This document shows, piece after piece, positions 23,529 through 31,086 of a DNA stretch of 35,543 bases (position 1 is its first letter; each line of letters opens with the position of its first letter). The position numbers and the translations under genes are program-made. The stretch lies in the NCBI GenBank assembly GCA_013334735.1, contig JAAXXA010000002.1:1-35543 (forward strand), written 5' to 3'. The notes under the pieces are model-generated. The model made no database searches. It was not told the DNA's origin and saw only the letters and a program-made list of their open reading frames with translations. This stretch comes from Bacteroidota bacterium. GTDB lineage: Bacteria > Bacteroidota > Bacteroidia > Bacteroidales > CG2-30-32-10.

Positions 23529-26500
23529 ATGGCAACTAACACCGCTCCTATACAAACTTTTGATGTAACTAAGATAAAGGAAAATCCTAAGTATCAAGCT
23601 TTTAAGGAAGCGATAAAGAATAATCCAGAACAGTATAAACAATGGCTGGTTTATTCTGAAACTCAGAATCCTCTCACTATTGCTAATGGCGGTAAAGAAG
23701 TAGTGGATGATATATTGTCGTCATTTACTTTAACGCCAGATCAGCTTAATCAAATGTTTGATCCAAATACTCTTCCAGATCAAATAAAAACAAAGATAGA
23801 TCAAAACCCAGAAGAAGCGTTTAAGACAACGTATAATCAGTATACTTATGGAAAAGGAGATTATAATTCTAAACTTAAAATACGAGCGTTAAATAGTTAC
23901 GCTAAAAGCAAGCTTATAGAACAAGGTAAAAGTCCAGACGAAGTATTGAATAAAAATCCTTTTGTTTCCGGCCTTAACTTTATAGCGAATTTAGTCGCTG
24001 TACCTGTAAATTATTTTGCTAAAGCTTATGCTGGTTTGTATGGAGAGTCAGATAAAGTTAAGATATGGGGCGGTGCAGGCTGGGAGGATACTCTTAAGGC
24101 AGTAGATAGTGACCCATACATAAAAGAGCTAATCAGTAAAACATCTAAAGGAATACCGTTAACACCTGATGAAAAAGCTAAGATAAAAGAGTTTGATAAT
24201 AATGTAGCTCCTGTAGGGTTATTACTTAATATTGTCGCTGACCCTACAATAATAGCTGGAGCTATCAGTAAAGGTATTGGAGCTGCCGCTAAAGGCTCTG
24301 CTGAAATGTTTAAAATATCAAAAGCTTTTCAGGCATTTTCAGAGCCATTCAAAATGATAAAAGATGTGTCACATTTAAAAAGATTGAAAGCAACCGGAGA
24401 GATAGATAATACTATTAAAACAAGTTTATCCACAGCCAAAGAGTTAGTTGGCAATATTCTTAATCCAACTCGATTAAATCAGATAGATGGCTTCTTAAAA
24501 CAAACAAGAATAGCTGATGTAGATATTCCTAACGCCGTTAAATTGCTGGACGATGTGTCAAATGTAGCAAAGTCTTTTGGCAAAATACAGGAGTCAGCTC
24601 AAATAGGAAAAGCAAATGAGTTATTGAAAGACACTTTATTTAAAATAAAGACTGTACAAGAAAGCAAGATATTATCCGGTATGGCTAAAAAGTATGACTC
24701 ATTCAAAAACATTATTAAAAACTCCAGTGAAAAAATGGGATTGAGAAAAGTGTTTTTATCTGAAGTGCCATTAGAAGCTAAGCCAGTAATAGACAAAACA
24801 AGAAGATTGCACGCTGGGATTGAAACGTCTTACGCTAAACTAAACAAAACATTGGTAAATCATAAGAACTCTTTAAAAACAGAGCTTATGAAAAACCCAA
24901 AGATAAAACAGTTAATTGTTAAGAATGAAAATGGCATAAAGTCTGTGGATGATTTGATTGGAGAAATGATAGAAAAGCCAAAATTTGCTAAAAACTTAAC
25001 TGATAAATATGGAATTGGAACCAAAGCTATATCGGATATAAATAAAGCTTTCGACGATCATCTTATTGAAGAAGCTAAATTTGTAGGAAAGAAAGCTTCT
25101 CCTATGTTATCCAGCAAAGCAAGCAGAAAAGAATATGGTAAGCTCGCCGATCAATTTATGAATTTAAACAAAGAGAATAAATTTCATCCAGATATACCAT
25201 CGATAGAAAACAATATGAGAAAACTTCTCGCTGAAAAGACAAATATCAATAATTTGTCTGGTGATACGGTAGATATGCTGACAGAAAATGTTAATTATCT
25301 TACTCACGTTATGACTCCTGAAGCAAAGAAGATATATTTAGAATTAGACGCTAAAAGTCGTGGTAAAACAGGAGAGTATTTTAGATCATATATTTCCAAC
25401 CCTTCTTATAGACAAAGAGGCTTGCAGGGTTCTAGAGCTGAGATTGATAAATATATAATAGGCAAAAAAGGGGATAAGCTCACGCCATTTGCACAGGATG
25501 TAATGAAAGATGCTGAAGAATTAAAAGCAAGCGGTGATTTAGTTGGATATAAAGATAAAGTTGATTTTGCTAATAAAATAAATGAATTAGGGTCAAGATT
25601 AAGACAATCAGGTGGTAGATTTTTTGATAGTGATGTAGATAAGCTTTTAGCTGTAAGAGCTGCCAGATCAGCTAGAACTATTCAGCAAGCAGTATTTTAT
25701 GATGAAATAAAACAGTTTGGTTTTGATACTGGGTTTAGAGATGGTATTAAACTAGAAAAGCCTAGAGTTAATATAGCTGGGCTTTCTGATAAATATTTTC
25801 ATCCAGATATAGCAAGAGCTATAGAACGTTTTTATGACTTTACTGGGGATGATAGAGGCGTTAAAAAGATATTTAATTTAATGCGGCAATTTCAGACATT
25901 CTGGAAAAGCACTACTCTTGCGTTTCCGGCTACTGTTTTAAGAAATATTCTTGGTAATATTATGAACAGCTTTCTTGTAGTAGATAATCCAGCAAAGTTC
26001 ATAGACTCGTTTAAGGACGCTGTATTGGCTACTAAAGGAAAGTCGTATAATATTATTACTAAGTCAGGTAAAAACGTAGGGATACAAACAGTATTAAAAG
26101 AAGCAGAACAACATGGTATAATGGGAACAACTCTCGTTACAACGGATGTAATGAGAGAGATAGAAAAGACTCAGAATACTAAAGGAGTAATAGAACAAGG
26201 GCTAAGAACAGCGGCTAAAACTATTAATCAGGCCATTCCATTTTCTAAGATGAATGAGGCGGCTGAATCATATTCTAAACTTGCTTTATTTATTGACCGT
26301 GTTAAATCTGGCAAGTCTTATGATGAAGCGGCGGATGAAGTTTATAAAGTACTTTTTGATTATGGAGATTTAACTAGCACAGATCAAGCTATAAAAAGTG
26401 TAGCTCCTTTCTGGACGTGGACACGTAAAAACTTACCTTTGCAGATATCTAATTTACTATCTGTTCCATCCAGAACTATTATAAAAATGGAAAATAGTTT

Positions 26501-27281
26501 TAATCAAAACAAACCTTCGGATGAACATCTTGATAAACGCTATATGAGCGATTTGCTGGCTACCGCTCCTAATATAAAAGTTGGAAAAGACAAAACTGGT
26601 AAGCCAACATTTATGTTGCTGGAAGGTTTAGTTCCTTTCTTTGATATATCAAGACTAATAAGAGTTGGAAGCGGTGTTGCAGAAAGTGGAATGGCTGGCG
26701 GAGTGAGCGCATTTATAGATGATACTGTCCGTGATATGTCGCCTCTTATTAAAACACCTCTTGAGATTGTGACAAACAGAGATTTTCAAACACATAGAGA
26801 TTTAGAAAAATCTAAGTATGCTACTACTGAGTTTTTAGGTTTTGAAGTATCGCCTAAACTAAAAGCTATACTCAATGACTGGCGGTATCTCAATACTTTA
26901 AATAAAGGAATCAATGTCAATAAACTTATCAATAATAATACTGGCGTGAGTTCTACTCCTGATAAAGATATGGCAAGAATGCTGTTTAGTTGGGCGTTAG
27001 GCTCTACAATACCATACGATGTTAACTATTCTAAGATAGTAGCGTCAAGAGATTTTAAAAGTCAGGTAGAATCTGAAATAAATGATTTTACTGGATATAT
27101 CAAAAAGATAAATAACGGAATAATGCAGGGGCAAAAGTTAAATAAAGGCAACGCTGAATATATCAGAGGAAGGCTTAAAAATATATTTCTAATGATAAAT
27201 GATGGGTTTTCACAGGCTAAGATTGAGAAACAGGATAGAGGTAAATATGCAATGAAAGTATATAAGGCACTAAGAGGTTAG
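23529..27281 (+). CDS. Large virion protein (1250 aa), T7 gp16-position internal core candidate
   Basis: Assigned by size and position only. I could not see a catalytic motif. Confidence 0.45.
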   Translation: MATNTAPIQTFDVTKIKENPKYQAFKEAIKNNPEQYKQWLVYSETQNPLTIANGGKEVVDDILSSFTLTPDQLNQMFDPNTLPDQIKTKIDQNPEEAFKTTYNQYTYGKGDYNSKLKIRALNSYAKSKLIEQGKSPDEVLNKNPFVSGLNFIANLVAVPVNYFAKAYAGLYGESDKVKIWGGAGWEDTLKAVDSDPYIKELISKTSKGIPLTPDEKAKIKEFDNNVAPVGLLLNIVADPTIIAGAISKGIGAAAKGSAEMFKISKAFQAFSEPFKMIKDVSHLKRLKATGEIDNTIKTSLSTAKELVGNILNPTRLNQIDGFLKQTRIADVDIPNAVKLLDDVSNVAKSFGKIQESAQIGKANELLKDTLFKIKTVQESKILSGMAKKYDSFKNIIKNSSEKMGLRKVFLSEVPLEAKPVIDKTRRLHAGIETSYAKLNKTLVNHKNSLKTELMKNPKIKQLIVKNENGIKSVDDLIGEMIEKPKFAKNLTDKYGIGTKAISDINKAFDDHLIEEAKFVGKKASPMLSSKASRKEYGKLADQFMNLNKENKFHPDIPSIENNMRKLLAEKTNINNLSGDTVDMLTENVNYLTHVMTPEAKKIYLELDAKSRGKTGEYFRSYISNPSYRQRGLQGSRAEIDKYIIGKKGDKLTPFAQDVMKDAEELKASGDLVGYKDKVDFANKINELGSRLRQSGGRFFDSDVDKLLAVRAARSARTIQQAVFYDEIKQFGFDTGFRDGIKLEKPRVNIAGLSDKYFHPDIARAIERFYDFTGDDRGVKKIFNLMRQFQTFWKSTTLAFPATVLRNILGNIMNSFLVVDNPAKFIDSFKDAVLATKGKSYNIITKSGKNVGIQTVLKEAEQHGIMGTTLVTTDVMREIEKTQNTKGVIEQGLRTAAKTINQAIPFSKMNEAAESYSKLALFIDRVKSGKSYDEAADEVYKVLFDYGDLTSTDQAIKSVAPFWTWTRKNLPLQISNLLSVPSRTIIKMENSFNQNKPSDEHLDKRYMSDLLATAPNIKVGKDKTGKPTFMLLEGLVPFFDISRLIRVGSGVAESGMAGGVSAFIDDTVRDMSPLIKTPLEIVTNRDFQTHRDLEKSKYATTEFLGFEVSPKLKAILNDWRYLNTLNKGINVNKLINNNTGVSSTPDKDMARMLFSWALGSTIPYDVNYSKIVASRDFKSQVESEINDFTGYIKKINNGIMQGQKLNKGNAEYIRGRLKNIFLMINDGFSQAKIEKQDRGKYAMKVYKALRG

Positions 27282-27282
27282 T

Positions 27283-27954
27283 ATGAATTTACCAAAGTTT
27301 AGTTTAGAAGGTATAGAGGGAAATACAAAAATAGCTTTGAATGGGGTATTAAAATATTTACAAGATAAAGATGATTTTATTAATAAGTTATATGGTAAAA
27401 CAAAAGATATAAATTTTACTACTGATGGTACGTTAGCAAATAATTCTGATAATAATTTTCCTTCAGAGAAAGCTATTGTTACTTATACTACAAGACAAAT
27501 ATTTATAGTAAGCGAGCAACAACCAGCCAATACATCAGGAGGCACTTTTACATCGGGAGCTGACAGACAAAGGGTTTTAAACACTATCGTGCTAAACACT
27601 ATTTCAGGTGCGTCGCTTGGCTCTAATAATATTACTCTCCCAATAGGGTTATACAAAATAATGGCAAGCTGTCCGGCAAATGCTTGCGATACAAATATAG
27701 CTTGGTTGTATAATTTGGGATTAACAACAAAAGTGGTGTTAGGGACATCACAACATAGTGCACAAACAAACAACGTAGAGGAGAGAAGCATAATTAATGG
27801 GTATTTTACTGTTACAGATACATCGGCAAACAAAAATGTGTTTCAAATTTTGCATAGATGCACAACAACAAAATCCACAGATGGGTTTGGTCTCGCTGCT
27901 AATTTAGGCACAAACGAAACATATACAATATGCGAAATAGAAAAAATAGGATAA
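27283..27954 (+). CDS. Putative tail fibre or receptor-binding protein (223 aa)
   Basis: It lies at the end of the structural block. The N-terminal FPSEKAIVTY resembles the conserved fibre N-terminal motif (PSEKAV..Y). Confidence 0.45.
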   Translation: MNLPKFSLEGIEGNTKIALNGVLKYLQDKDDFINKLYGKTKDINFTTDGTLANNSDNNFPSEKAIVTYTTRQIFIVSEQQPANTSGGTFTSGADRQRVLNTIVLNTISGASLGSNNITLPIGLYKIMASCPANACDTNIAWLYNLGLTTKVVLGTSQHSAQTNNVEERSIINGYFTVTDTSANKNVFQILHRCTTTKSTDGFGLAANLGTNETYTICEIEKIG

Positions 27955-27972
27955 ACAATTGAGGTAAAAAAA

Positions 27973-28350
27973 ATGAGCGAGGACAAAATGCCAAGACTTG
28001 ATATGAGCTACGAAATTATTAAAGAGCAGTGGGAAGATTTTAAGACAAATATTTTATCTCAGATTAATGAAATAAAAGAAAACATTCGGCGATTATCAGA
28101 TGAACAAAGAGTTTTTCTTAAACTGCAAAACGACATCGAGTTGAAAAGAGAAAAACAGATCGCCGAAATCAATCTTGAAATTATGTCTCAGAAAAAAGAT
28201 TGTGATAAATGCAGGAGTGGATTTCAAAACAGAATAGAAACTCTGGAAAAAGCTCCCGAGCGTACAAAATCAAATTGGCAATTTTTGACAGCCATTCTAT
28301 TTGGATTGTTAGGTGTTATTATATCCGCTATAGCGTTATTCAGGAGGTAA
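27973..28350 (+). CDS. Coiled-coil protein with a C-terminal membrane anchor (125 aa), lysis-region
   Basis: The C-terminus WQFLTAILFGLLGVIISAIALFRR is hydrophobic. It is adjacent to the holin-like ORF. Confidence 0.6.
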   Translation: MSEDKMPRLDMSYEIIKEQWEDFKTNILSQINEIKENIRRLSDEQRVFLKLQNDIELKREKQIAEINLEIMSQKKDCDKCRSGFQNRIETLEKAPERTKSNWQFLTAILFGLLGVIISAIALFRR

Positions 28351-28352
28351 AT

Positions 28353-28556
28353 GTGTTTGATTTTTTAAAAGAAATGATTAGTGGCCCAAAAGGGGAAATT
28401 TCTTCCAAAAGAGTTTTAGGAACAATATGTGTTATTGCTGGGATAGTATTTGCTTTTATATCTGTTTTGGGAGGAAAACCGGATGCAGCGACATGCGGAA
28501 TAATTTTTGGGACAGGCGCAACATTTCTAACTGCGGCCGCAATATCGCACACTTGA
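28353..28556 (+). CDS. Holin-like two-TM protein (67 aa, GTG start)
   Basis: AGGAGG lies 5 nt upstream of the GTG at 28353. There are two hydrophobic helices (LGTICVIAGIVFAFISVLG; CGIIFGTGATFLTAAAI). The longer ORF-track version (28209) overlaps the previous gene in another frame. Confidence 0.55.
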   Translation: MFDFLKEMISGPKGEISSKRVLGTICVIAGIVFAFISVLGGKPDAATCGIIFGTGATFLTAAAISHT

Positions 28557-28583
28557 TCAATTAATAAGTTGGTTTGCAAGGTG

Positions 28584-28668
28584 AAAAAAGAAACCTAAAA
28601 AGAAAGCATAGAGGCTATCTATTTGGGACGGATGTTGTCGCCTCCCTACCGGCGATCAAGACAAATAG
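28584..28668 (-). ncRNA. Candidate small RNA downstream of promoter P_B
   Basis: A nested hairpin (CTATTTG 28619-28625 / CAAATAG 28662-28668, with inner TCGCC/GGCGA) starts a few nt after the predicted TSS. T-rich runs follow on the minus strand. Confidence 0.3.
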
Positions 28669-28674
28669 GAATAT

Positions 28675-28719
28675 ATTCTAACACAAAAATAATTTTTGTC
28701 AATCACCCTAAAAGTCGGA
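28675..28719 (-). promoter_or_regulatory. Leftward promoter P_B: TCCGACT element + TTGACA-16-TGtTAGAAT
   Basis: The -35 is at 28702..28697, the -10 at 28680..28675, and the element at 28713-28719. It points antisense toward the end of the late operon. Confidence 0.5.
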
Positions 28720-28735
28720 TTTTTTATTTATATAC

Positions 28736-28777
28736 TCCGACCAAAAGTCGGAATGCACTCCGACTAAAAGTCGGAAT
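28736..28777. promoter_or_regulatory. Two tandem palindromic sites ACTCCGACYAAAAGTCGGAAT (TCCGAC-N5-GTCGGA), operator-like
   Basis: Copies lie at 28736-28754 and 28759-28777 (period 23 nt), between P_B and the 28803 gene. Confidence 0.6.
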
Positions 28778-28802
28778 AAAAATAACATAAGGAGGAACAA
28801 AA

Positions 28803-29069
28803 ATGAAATGGCCTAGAATGCACCATACTAGTTTATTTATAGCTAGCTTTTTAGCTATATTGGGATTAACACTATGGATTGTTGGGTATATACAGGGATG
28901 GAGAGATGTAGCAAACTCAAAAGACTATATAGCTGATCTAGGAATGCTTATCCCAATAATCATTATATTTTTAGGGTTTTCGATTATTGCTTATTTTATT
29001 ACCAGGGCTTTTGATTGCAAAGATATGAATCTAAAAATGATTGAGAAAAAAGAAAATAAGGAGGAATAG
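28803..29069 (+). CDS. Two-TM membrane protein (88 aa), holin-like
   Basis: AAGGAGG RBS and two long hydrophobic helices. Confidence 0.65.
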   Translation: MKWPRMHHTSLFIASFLAILGLTLWIVGYIQGWRDVANSKDYIADLGMLIPIIIIFLGFSIIAYFITRAFDCKDMNLKMIEKKENKEE

Positions 29070-29071
29070 TA

Positions 29072-29521
29072 ATGTGGAAAAAATTATTATTGATCTGCTT
29101 GCGAAATATAAAACTGTTGTCATTGCTTTTATCATTGGTACTACTATCGGAAGCTCAGGGTTTTGGCTCAACAAACGAGACGCTGATAATTACAAGAGGA
29201 CAGCTAAACAGCTTAGTGACAATCTCGTCGAATCTCAAAAGCGAATTGGTGAAATCTCAAACCAGTTGCGCATTGCTACTCTCAGAGCTGGCGAACTCGA
29301 AGCGTCTATTAACATCAATATCTCAGGAGCTAACCAACTCGCAGCAAACATCGGAAACGCTATCTCAGACATTAACGACATCGGAAGAATCTTGGAAGAC
29401 ATACAAAAAGGAAACTGATGCTAGGATACAAGAGCTTCAAGGACAGCAGGTTTTATGGATTGCGGGCGGTATCGGGATAGGTGTTACCGGTATAGTGATA
29501 GGAATCTTATTGCATAAGTGA
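29072..29521 (+). CDS. Alternative overlapping ORF (frame A, 149 aa) with a C-terminal TM segment
   Basis: The ATG lies 7 nt after AAGGAGG, and the frame is open across all of frame B. Only its last ~34 codons (29419-29521, VLWIAGGIGIGVTGIVIGILLHK) look like genuine coding sequence. Confidence 0.35.
   Translation: MWKKLLLICLRNIKLLSLLLSLVLLSEAQGFGSTNETLIITRGQLNSLVTISSNLKSELVKSQTSCALLLSELANSKRLLTSISQELTNSQQTSETLSQTLTTSEESWKTYKKETDARIQELQGQQVLWIAGGIGIGVTGIVIGILLHK
29074..29418 (+). CDS. N-terminally anchored coiled-coil protein, i-spanin-like (GTG start, frame B)
   Basis: It has purine-first codon periodicity and a plausible sequence (VIAFIIGTTIGSSGFW TM, then a coiled coil). It shares the AAGGAGG RBS with the ATG of frame A. 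Confidence 0.55.
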   Translation: MEKIIIDLLAKYKTVVIAFIIGTTIGSSGFWLNKRDADNYKRTAKQLSDNLVESQKRIGEISNQLRIATLRAGELEASININISGANQLAANIGNAISDINDIGRILEDIQKGN

Positions 29522-29529
29522 GGTGAAAT

Positions 29530-29628
29530 ATGCGGTGGTATTGGATAGTAATTATGATTTTGTCTCTAATAATACTCTATTTATTTTTCAAGTGTGGCTA
29601 TATTAATGTCAATAATTTCCCATGGTAG
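29530..29628 (+). CDS. Possible 32-aa hydrophobic peptide
   Basis: AGGTGA RBS. The translation is MRWYWIVIMILSLIILYLFFKCGYINVNNFPW. Confidence 0.35.
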   Translation: MRWYWIVIMILSLIILYLFFKCGYINVNNFPW

Positions 29629-29633
29629 GTGCT

Positions 29634-29801
29634 TATGCAATGCTTATTTGTCGAAGAAAAATACTGCAAACTGCATGAAATAATGTGTACTGGGAAATGT
29701 AAGGATTATGAGGATGATCTGAGCGATACTGAATTATCGAATGAGAAAATTGCGCCAACAAAGAAGGAGAAAATCTATGAAAATATTAGAGGTCAAGAGG
29801 G
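29634..29801 (+). CDS. Possible 55-aa Cys-rich ORF
   Basis: The translation is MQCLFVEEKYCKLHEIMCTGKCKDYEDD.... It overlaps the next start by 25 nt. Support is weak. Confidence 0.3.
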
Positions 29802-30319
29802 GCGGTAGCTCGATTAATTTCCGGTGTACTAACGGAGATCGTTATGATAGCTCTGCTGTATTGCTGGATGATAGAGGGTTTGAGATATTTTCCTCTCAAT
29901 ATGTCAATACCGATTCCACAAACAGCTACAAGGGTGGTCGCCTTTCCTGCGGGTGTTACTATGGGATAGTTGGATATAGGACCTCCGGTCAAAGAGTGAT
30001 AAAACTATTTTCTAGCAAAGCAGATATTACTAAGATCAAAACAGATAGAGACATTCCAGATTCAATGTTTGCTCTTTCATCAGATATACCTAATTCTAAC
30101 CATGACAATGCATATTATATTGAGTATGTTCAAATTCATTCAGGGGGCACAAGCTGGGATTATAGTCATGGATGTGTTTCTGTTTTAAACTATGGATTAA
30201 ATCCTAACGGAAAAAAATATGAAGAATTTGATAGATTGATGTCTTTTCTAAAAGACAATGAAATCATAATCATCAAACTTTCTCTCGACGAAGGAGTCAA
30301 AACTTTTACGCAGCAATAA
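29777..30319 (+). CDS. Candidate endolysin with an SHGC (YkuD/L,D-transpeptidase-like) motif (180 aa from MKILEV)
   Basis: AAGGAG RBS at the internal Met. IHSGGTSWDYSHGCVSV resembles the His...SHGC catalytic signature, though the His-to-Cys spacing is shorter than in the canonical motif. It is the last gene of the lysis region. Confidence 0.4.
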   Translation: MKILEVKRGGSSINFRCTNGDRYDSSAVLLDDRGFEIFSSQYVNTDSTNSYKGGRLSCGCYYGIVGYRTSGQRVIKLFSSKADITKIKTDRDIPDSMFALSSDIPNSNHDNAYYIEYVQIHSGGTSWDYSHGCVSVLNYGLNPNGKKYEEFDRLMSFLKDNEIIIIKLSLDEGVKTFTQQ

Positions 30320-30935
30320 GTTTGCTAATATATTCTACTCCCTTTGCATTTACTAAAGTCTGTGGTTTGTTAAATACATTTCCAGACATCTCTATAGGTT
30401 TTTCAATTACCTTAAAATATCCTTTATCCATTTCTTTCTGATAAGGTGTATTATTTCCCATCAATATATTTTTATTTCTCAATTTAGAAAATAAAGTATT
30501 TCTACCAATTCCTAAAATGTGTGCTACTTCGTTCATTGATTGCCAACTTTCAGAAGATAAAAACTTGTCGTAAGTCAATACTTTTGGTTTCATTGTTTCG
30601 ATTTGTTCTGCTTGATCGGCAGCAAGTCTAAGAGCTTCTGCGAATGTTTGCGGTAATGTAGGTTTATTTTTGTTTTCAAGTTCAATCCAACGGTCAATAA
30701 TTTTTGTTCTCAATTCTACAGAATAACCAGATATTAAAATCATTATTTCACGATGGGGCAATCTATAACATTTTCTTTCTTCTCTATTAGCTCCCATGTA
30801 AACCGCCTCAAATTTGAGGTGGTCATCTAATTGTGTTTCAATATCACGAATTACATTGTCGTGTCTTTTATTTGTTAGTTCGGCAATCTCTCTGCTATCC
30901 ATCCATAATTCCTGCTTGATAATCAAATCATTCAT
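30306..30935 (-). CDS. Rha-family regulatory protein with a KilAC/antirepressor C-terminal domain
   Basis: The N-terminus SREIAELTNKRHDNVIRDIE is typical of Phage_pRha. The C-terminus (WQSMNEVAHILGIGRNTLFSKLR) is typical of KilAC/Ant domains. Confidence 0.8.
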   Translation of the reverse strand: MNDLIIKQELWMDSREIAELTNKRHDNVIRDIETQLDDHLKFEAVYMGANREERKCYRLPHREIMILISGYSVELRTKIIDRWIELENKNKPTLPQTFAEALRLAADQAEQIETMKPKVLTYDKFLSSESWQSMNEVAHILGIGRNTLFSKLRNKNILMGNNTPYQKEMDKGYFKVIEKPIEMSGNVFNKPQTLVNAKGVEYISKLIAA

Positions 30936-30948
30936 ATTTACACCTCAT

Positions 30949-30991
30949 AAAAAAAGTCCCTGGAATCCAATTGCAGATGGAAACCAGAGAC
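30949..30991 (-). terminator. Intrinsic terminator in the leader of the Rha gene
   Basis: On the minus strand GTCTCTGGTTTCC / GGATTCCAGGGAC (10 of 13 pairs) is followed by T7. The RBS (GAGGTG) comes immediately after. Confidence 0.55.
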
Positions 30992-31057
30992 TTAAAACAC
31001 CGATTAACCGGAAAATAAATAATCTGCAATACTTATTTAAGTTCCTCTATTCTCATT

Positions 31058-31086
31058 ATTATACACCAATTTTTATCGTTTGTCAA
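31058..31086 (-). promoter_or_regulatory. Consensus sigma70 promoter (TTGACA-17-TATAAT) pointing left
   Basis: The -35 is at 31086..31081 (overlapping the stop of the upstream gene) and the -10 at 31063..31058. Confidence 0.6.

Noticed and set aside
6247-27833. Antisense or alternative-frame ORFs nested inside large genes (6247-6519, 8132-8317, 9166-9462, 9786-9980, 11593-11781, 11696-11917, 11914-12126, 12559-12816, 13480-13716, 15247-15519, 16604-16885, 17184-17480, 20102-20293, 20241-20483, 22840-23052, 24599-24796, 27483-27833)
   Set aside because: All lie within longer ORFs that have RBSs and a coherent operon structure. None has its own RBS or a recognisable motif.
28340-28579. 79-aa minus-strand ORF downstream of P_B (TTG start)
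   Set aside because: It has no RBS and is a shadow ORF antisense to the holin-like gene. The transcript from P_B is more plausibly non-coding.
29072-29110. Frame-A N-terminus as a lipoprotein signal (u-spanin or o-spanin)
   Set aside because: The only early Cys (MWKKLLLIC) follows a 4-residue hydrophobic stretch with L-I at -2/-1, which is not a credible lipobox. The internal SQTSC has no signal sequence.
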